Shown one piece after another: positions 13,801 through 19,800 of a DNA stretch of 64,000 nt (within the stretch, counting starts at the first letter, position 1; every line of letters starts with the position of its first letter). Under the pieces are notes generated by a model. It had not been told where the DNA came from, did no database searches, and saw only the letters and a list, made by a program, of their open reading frames with translations. Source of the stretch: Verrucomicrobiia bacterium (lineage in GTDB: Bacteria; Verrucomicrobiota; Verrucomicrobiia; Limisphaerales; UBA1319); contig OY760937.1 of NCBI GenBank assembly GCA_963664225.1, positions 5,536,001 to 5,600,000 on the forward strand, given 5' to 3'. The position numbers and the translations under genes are program-made.

Positions 13801-16800
13801 TCGGGCGGTGCTTTCACAGAACATCATACTTGGTGACGAGGACGATATTTCGCTGGGCGTGTTTCCTCATGCCGGGGCATTGGCTCCCGGAGCGGGTTAT
13901 ACGGTGACGCGCACCGCACAAATCCCGGATGGAGTCAGCGGGCCGTATTATTTGATTGTGCAGACGGACGTTGGGAACGCGGTCAATGAATTCCTGTTTG
14001 AGGCGGATAACACAACGGTATCAGACCACACTTTCAACATCACACTGGCTGATTATGTCGATTTGAAAGTGGAGGATCTCAATGTGGCGGGGCCTGACAA
14101 TGCGGGCAGCTACACCATCACATGGAAGACCGCGAATCGCGGAAAGGCTGACTCGACGCAGAATTTCTATGAGCGGATACTGGTCAAGAACCTGACCTCA
14201 GGCGAGGTGCTGCTGGATCAGGAAGCCTTGACGACCAATGCGCTGCCCGTGAACAGCACGCTGGCACGCACGAATTCAGTGAAGACCTCGACGGCTGGAA
14301 ACTACCTTGTCAGAGTGACCACGGACTCGCGGAATAATATTTACGAATATGACGCCACCAGCCACGCGAACGCCGAGCGGAACAGCGTGGATGGTGCCTT
14401 CCAGATCACGCAAATCTACAATATCGCAGCGGGGGCGAATCCCGCAGGGGCGGGAACCATCACCGGCGCCGGGCAGTATGTCATCGGTTCCGTGGCCGAA
14501 TTGACCGCAATACCGGTCACGACGGATAAACCGTATTCCTTCCTGAACTGGACGGAGAACGGAACATTCCAAACCGCCAGCAATACATATCGGTTCAGCG
14601 TAACAAGGGACCGGCAGTTGACGGCGAATTTCGCGTTGCCGGTATTCCAGATCGCAGCCGTCAGCGTGCCTGCGGTCGGCGGGACGGTGACCGGAGCCGG
14701 GACGTACGCCTATGGAGTCACGAACACACTCAAGGCCATCGCCAACGATGGCTATCGGTTTACGAATTGGGTGGAAAACGGGTCTGCGATCAGCACCCAA
14801 ACCAGCCTGACATTTGGAGTGTACACCAACCGTGCGTTAATCGCGCGGTTTGTGGAGGCGAACGTGTTCCATGTGGTCACCACGGCCACGCTGCCGGCGG
14901 GAGTCGCGGCGGTGAGCGGCGCGGGCACCTACAACAACGGCCAGACGGTTTCGATTGTGGCGCCGGCCGCCGTAACGAATGGGCCGATGGCCTATACCTT
15001 CAAACGATTTACACAGAACGGGAATCCGTTCGGAAATGCGCCGTCGATTTCCAAGACGTTTTCAACGCTGGATTCGACGAACATCGCCATTGTCGCGGAA
15101 TACGATGGACGCAGCATTTTGCCGGTGGTGGTCAATGTTTCGGTGAATTACACCAATCCGGTTCCATTGACGACCAACTACGTGCTGACCTTCCAGTTCG
15201 ACCGGTCCATGCGAGGGACACCGGAACCCCAGATTGTGCTGACCAATGCGCAATCGGCGGTTCAACCCGTGGTCGCCAGCGGCGGCCAATGGAGCACGAC
15301 GGCTTCCAACAATGACACCTATTCCACGCCGCCCATTGTCTTGACGACCGGGATGGATGGCACGAACCAGGTTTGGATTTCCAAGGCGCAGGATTTATCA
15401 GGCCTGACGCTGGATCGAACGAACGTCTATGCCGCAATGGTGGATGCGACTCCTCCGGTCCAGCCGGTTTTCAGTCTCGTTTCCTCGAATGCCAGTTCCG
15501 TGGTGCTGGGCTGGTCCGGATATGCGGCTCCACAGGACCTGGCGGGATTCAGAGTTTATTTGGTGCAAACCAATTTCACGACATTGGCGGGTCTTTCCCC
15601 GATTACGGGACTGGCCCCAAGCGCGCGGAACTTCCAGGTTTCAAACCTCAGTCTCGACACCGATTATTATATTGCGGTCATCGCATCGGACATCGCCGGC
15701 AATAGCGCTGGCACTGTGACGCCGCTCAAGATCAAGCTGCCGACCACACTGCCTCCGAAAGTGACGATTGATGTGGCTGCCGTGGGTCCGAACTCGGCCC
15801 GCATTTCCTGGACTGGATATGACACCAGCGCCTTGTTTGGCTTCTCCGGATTCAGGCTCTACATGAAGGATTCACCGTTCGCGATTGTGAACGGAATGAC
15901 GCCCAGCGCGTCGTTCGATGCGCAAACGCGGCAAGCCCAAGTCGATGCCCTGGATCGATCGAAGAAATACTATTTTGCCGTGGTGGGTGTGAATGCAACG
16001 AACGGGTTTATTCCCGTGGTGACCACGCGGCAATGGTCGGATCCGTATGCGGGGAATATCGCCGCCAATCTGACCATCGGTGGAATCGATCAAACGGTGG
16101 ATATTTATCAAACCATGGTGGTGACCAACGGGGTGACATTGACGATCAACGCCGGAACAACACTTCGATTTGCGCCTGGATCGGGCATTGTCGTCGATCA
16201 GGGTTTGATCATGGCCCAGGGGACAGCCCTTGATCCCATTGTGTTGACCTCGTCTTCAGACACCAATGGCGGAAGCCCGGCCGCAGGGGATTGGGCCGGA
16301 TTGGTTGTCAGGGGCAACGCAGCCAATGCCTCCAAATTAACGCAGGTATGGGTCAAATACGGGCAGGGTTTGGTTTTGGACAATGCGACTCCGGTGGTCG
16401 ATGCCTTCTCGGCGGTTTACAATGCTCCGTCGGGACTTCGACTCACGAATGGGGCTGCGTTAACGACCAAAGATGCGTTGATCAGCTTGAACCAGGTTGG
16501 TGCGATGCAATCCGACACGTCGCGATTGATGGTTTGGAATTCGGTCATCAAGAACAACGCCACCAATGCCTGGGCTCGGGGAAGTCTTGGCCTTGTGGCC
16601 ACACAAAACTGGTGGGGCACGCCGCTGCAAGCGGACGTGGTGTCACGATTGACGGGAAATGTCGATGCGAGAGGGTTCCTGGAATCTGAACCGTTGCTGA
16701 CTCCCGCGGCGGGTATTGTGGGAGGATTGACGAGAGTGAGCAGCCAATCGTTGGAGCTGAAATTCGCATGTCGCACAGCGGAATCGATGCGGGCGAGTGA

Positions 16801-19800
16801 AGATTCGGCATTCAAAGGCACGTTTTTTGCGCCCTTTGCGTCACGACAGATCTTCCAGCTTTCTGACGGAGGAGGGCACAAGAGCATTTTTGTCCAATTT
16901 CGCAGCACAACAGGCGACACCAACACACCGCTATTATTGCAGGTGGAATATGTCACCTCCGGCCCGCAAATCATTAACTTCAACCTTGCCGAAGGCCAGG
17001 TCATCAGCCGACCGCTACTGGTTACCGGCATTGCGACAGCGGTGTTGGGAATCCAGAGCGTGGAATTCTACGCCGACAACGTTCTTGCCGACAGCGTCAC
17101 CACTGGAATTTATTCCCGGAGATGGGACATGCGAACGCTGAGTCCGGGAATTCATCGCGTCAAATTGCTGGCACGTGACAAAGGCGGAAGCATTGCGACG
17201 GAAGAGCGCAATGTGACGATCAATCCCACACCCGCACCCGCACCGTTCATCGTCACGCCCGCTAGCGACGGCATTCAGGCTCAAACCACTGTGTCCGTTG
17301 CGGGAACAGCGGAACCGAATATTGGATTGCGGCTGACAGACAATGGAACACTTTTGGCCACGTCCGTGGCGGATGCCACTGGTGGATTCAAGTTCGATAA
17401 TATGGTTTTGGTGGAAGGGGCCAATGAACTTGTCGTGATCGCATACGATGACATTGGAAGCAGTCGCTCCATCACCAGAAGAATCGTGCTGGATACGGGT
17501 GCGCCATCGGCCGTCGTTCTGGATGCGCCCATCTACGTTCCCAACTTCGGAGTCAACCTGAGCTGGAATTATGCAAAGGTGGGAGAAAGGCCTTCGAAAT
17601 TCCAGGTGTTCTGGGCGAAGACGCCGTTTATCTCCACAAATCAGGCCATAGGAAAGAGCCTGGTCCTCAGCCTAACAACCTATGCGGTGCAGGGATTGGC
17701 GGATGGGACTTATTACTTTGGGGTTTTGGGCTACGATGACGCTGGGAATCACAGCCCGATGTCGAGCCTGGTATCGCTTAAATACGATGCCACGGCACCG
17801 TCATTCAATATCAGTTACGACAAGTCGCCACCTGTTGGCGTTGGTCCGGTCCAGGTCACATTGACTGCAAGCGAGCCGCTCACTGGAACACCCGGCCTGA
17901 CACTGAAACCGGCGAATTCCACGCCCATATCGCTGAACCTGACCAATGTTTCGGCATCCAGCTATGTGACGGCGATCGTTATTTCCAATACGACGCTTTC
18001 AGGTCTTGCAATTTGGAATGTGAGCGGACAGGACGTTTCAGGAAATGTCTTTAACGGCGCACCGGCCGGACAACCGTTTAACATCGATGTGATCCAGCCA
18101 GTGGGATCCATCGCCACATTGCCGGCCAGTCCGGTTCAGACCCTTGTTCCGACCAACGTGAGTGTCAATCTGACCTTGAGCAAGCCGGCCAAGACCGGAA
18201 CGCCGCCGATCATCAAGTTCACTCCGCCAATCGGGGCCGAGGTGGGTGTCACCATGAGCGGAACGGGGACCAACTGGGTTGGATTGCTGCCATTGCAAAC
18301 CTCCATGGGTTCGGGTTTCGGACAATTCGCGATGACCGCCGTGGATGCGCTGGATAACACCGGCACCAATATCACCTCTGGCGCGGTGCTTGAAATCTAC
18401 AATACCGCGCTGCCATCGGCTCCTGAGACACCCACCAACTTTGTCGCCCGGACAATCGTCGGGGGACTGGTTCGATTGACATGGAATGCGGTGACGAACG
18501 CCGATATTTACCGGCTGTATCGAGAGCCGGGTTCCAACACGACCGCGCCCACGGCGCTGGTTGCGGACAATCTTTCGACCAACGGTCTGGATGATTTGCC
18601 GTCAGCCGACGGGCGTTACACCTACGCGGTGACGGCGTCGCGGCGTGGTTCCGAGAGCAACCCATCCAAGATCGTCGTTGGAGTGTCGGACAGGACTCCT
18701 CCCGGGGCTCCCACGAATGTGGCGGCGGAATTGGCCAGTTCAGGCGTGCAGATCAGTTGGCGGCCGCCTGCGGGTGAAAAGCCATTCAAATATCTGGTCT
18801 ATCGCAATGGGGTTCTGATTGGAAGCACCAGCACGGGGACCAACCTGGTCGATGCGCCGCCTCGAGGCGTGGCGAGCTATACCGTAAGTTCGGCGGATGT
18901 TACGGGCAACGAGAATTTGAGCACGCCGGCCACGATTGACATGCTGGTGGGGGCAGTGGAGCACCTGGCGGTTCTGGTCAATTCAGGCCAGGCGCCTGTG
19001 CTTTCCTGGACATCCAGCGACACGACGGCGATCGGTTTCAATGTCTATCGGAATGGGATCAAGCAAAATGCAAGCGCGCTGACGGTGGCCAGCTACACGG
19101 ACAATCTGCCGGTTGGCAACGATGCCATCGAATACGTGGTGCGGGCCGTTAATGCAAAGAGTGAAGAAAGCGCGCCGCGCGTGGTGAAGATCTATTCAGT
19201 GACGCTGGACTTGCTGGCGAATGCCGGTGGCGACACTGTCAGCAAGCCATTGGTGACCCGATATTTTGATAATTATCGGGTATCCGTGACGAATCTGACC
19301 GTCAACAACGTGTTTCCGCTGGAGACGGTGGAGTTGCGCCGTGTGGCTGGTGGTGGGGTCACAACGACACAAACCATTCCGGTCGGCCAGTCAGTGGCTT
19401 CCGGCAATTGGTATAATCGGGATGTGGTGTTTGCCAGTGCCACGACGGTCGATGCGCAATCCATGAGAATGCGCGTCATCCAATCGAGCGACCTGGGTGG
19501 CAGCTCGGTGATTTACCAGCGCACCTTCGATTTTGCCAGCGTGCTCGAACCGAGTCTCATGATGAGCCTTTCCGCGAGTCAACCGCCGCTGGCGGGCGGA
19601 CTGACGGATTTCGACGTGCGGCTGTATAACCGCGGCTATGCGGACATCAATGTGATTGTGGTGCGCGAAAACGGGGCGGCTCCCGGGGATGTTTATGTGG
19701 CGGTCAAGAATGCCCTGGGCCAGGAAGTGAGCCGAACGGCCTATCGTGGAACGCCCAAGGGGACCTTCTTCATGAACGATGGACGGGGTTATGTCCGGGT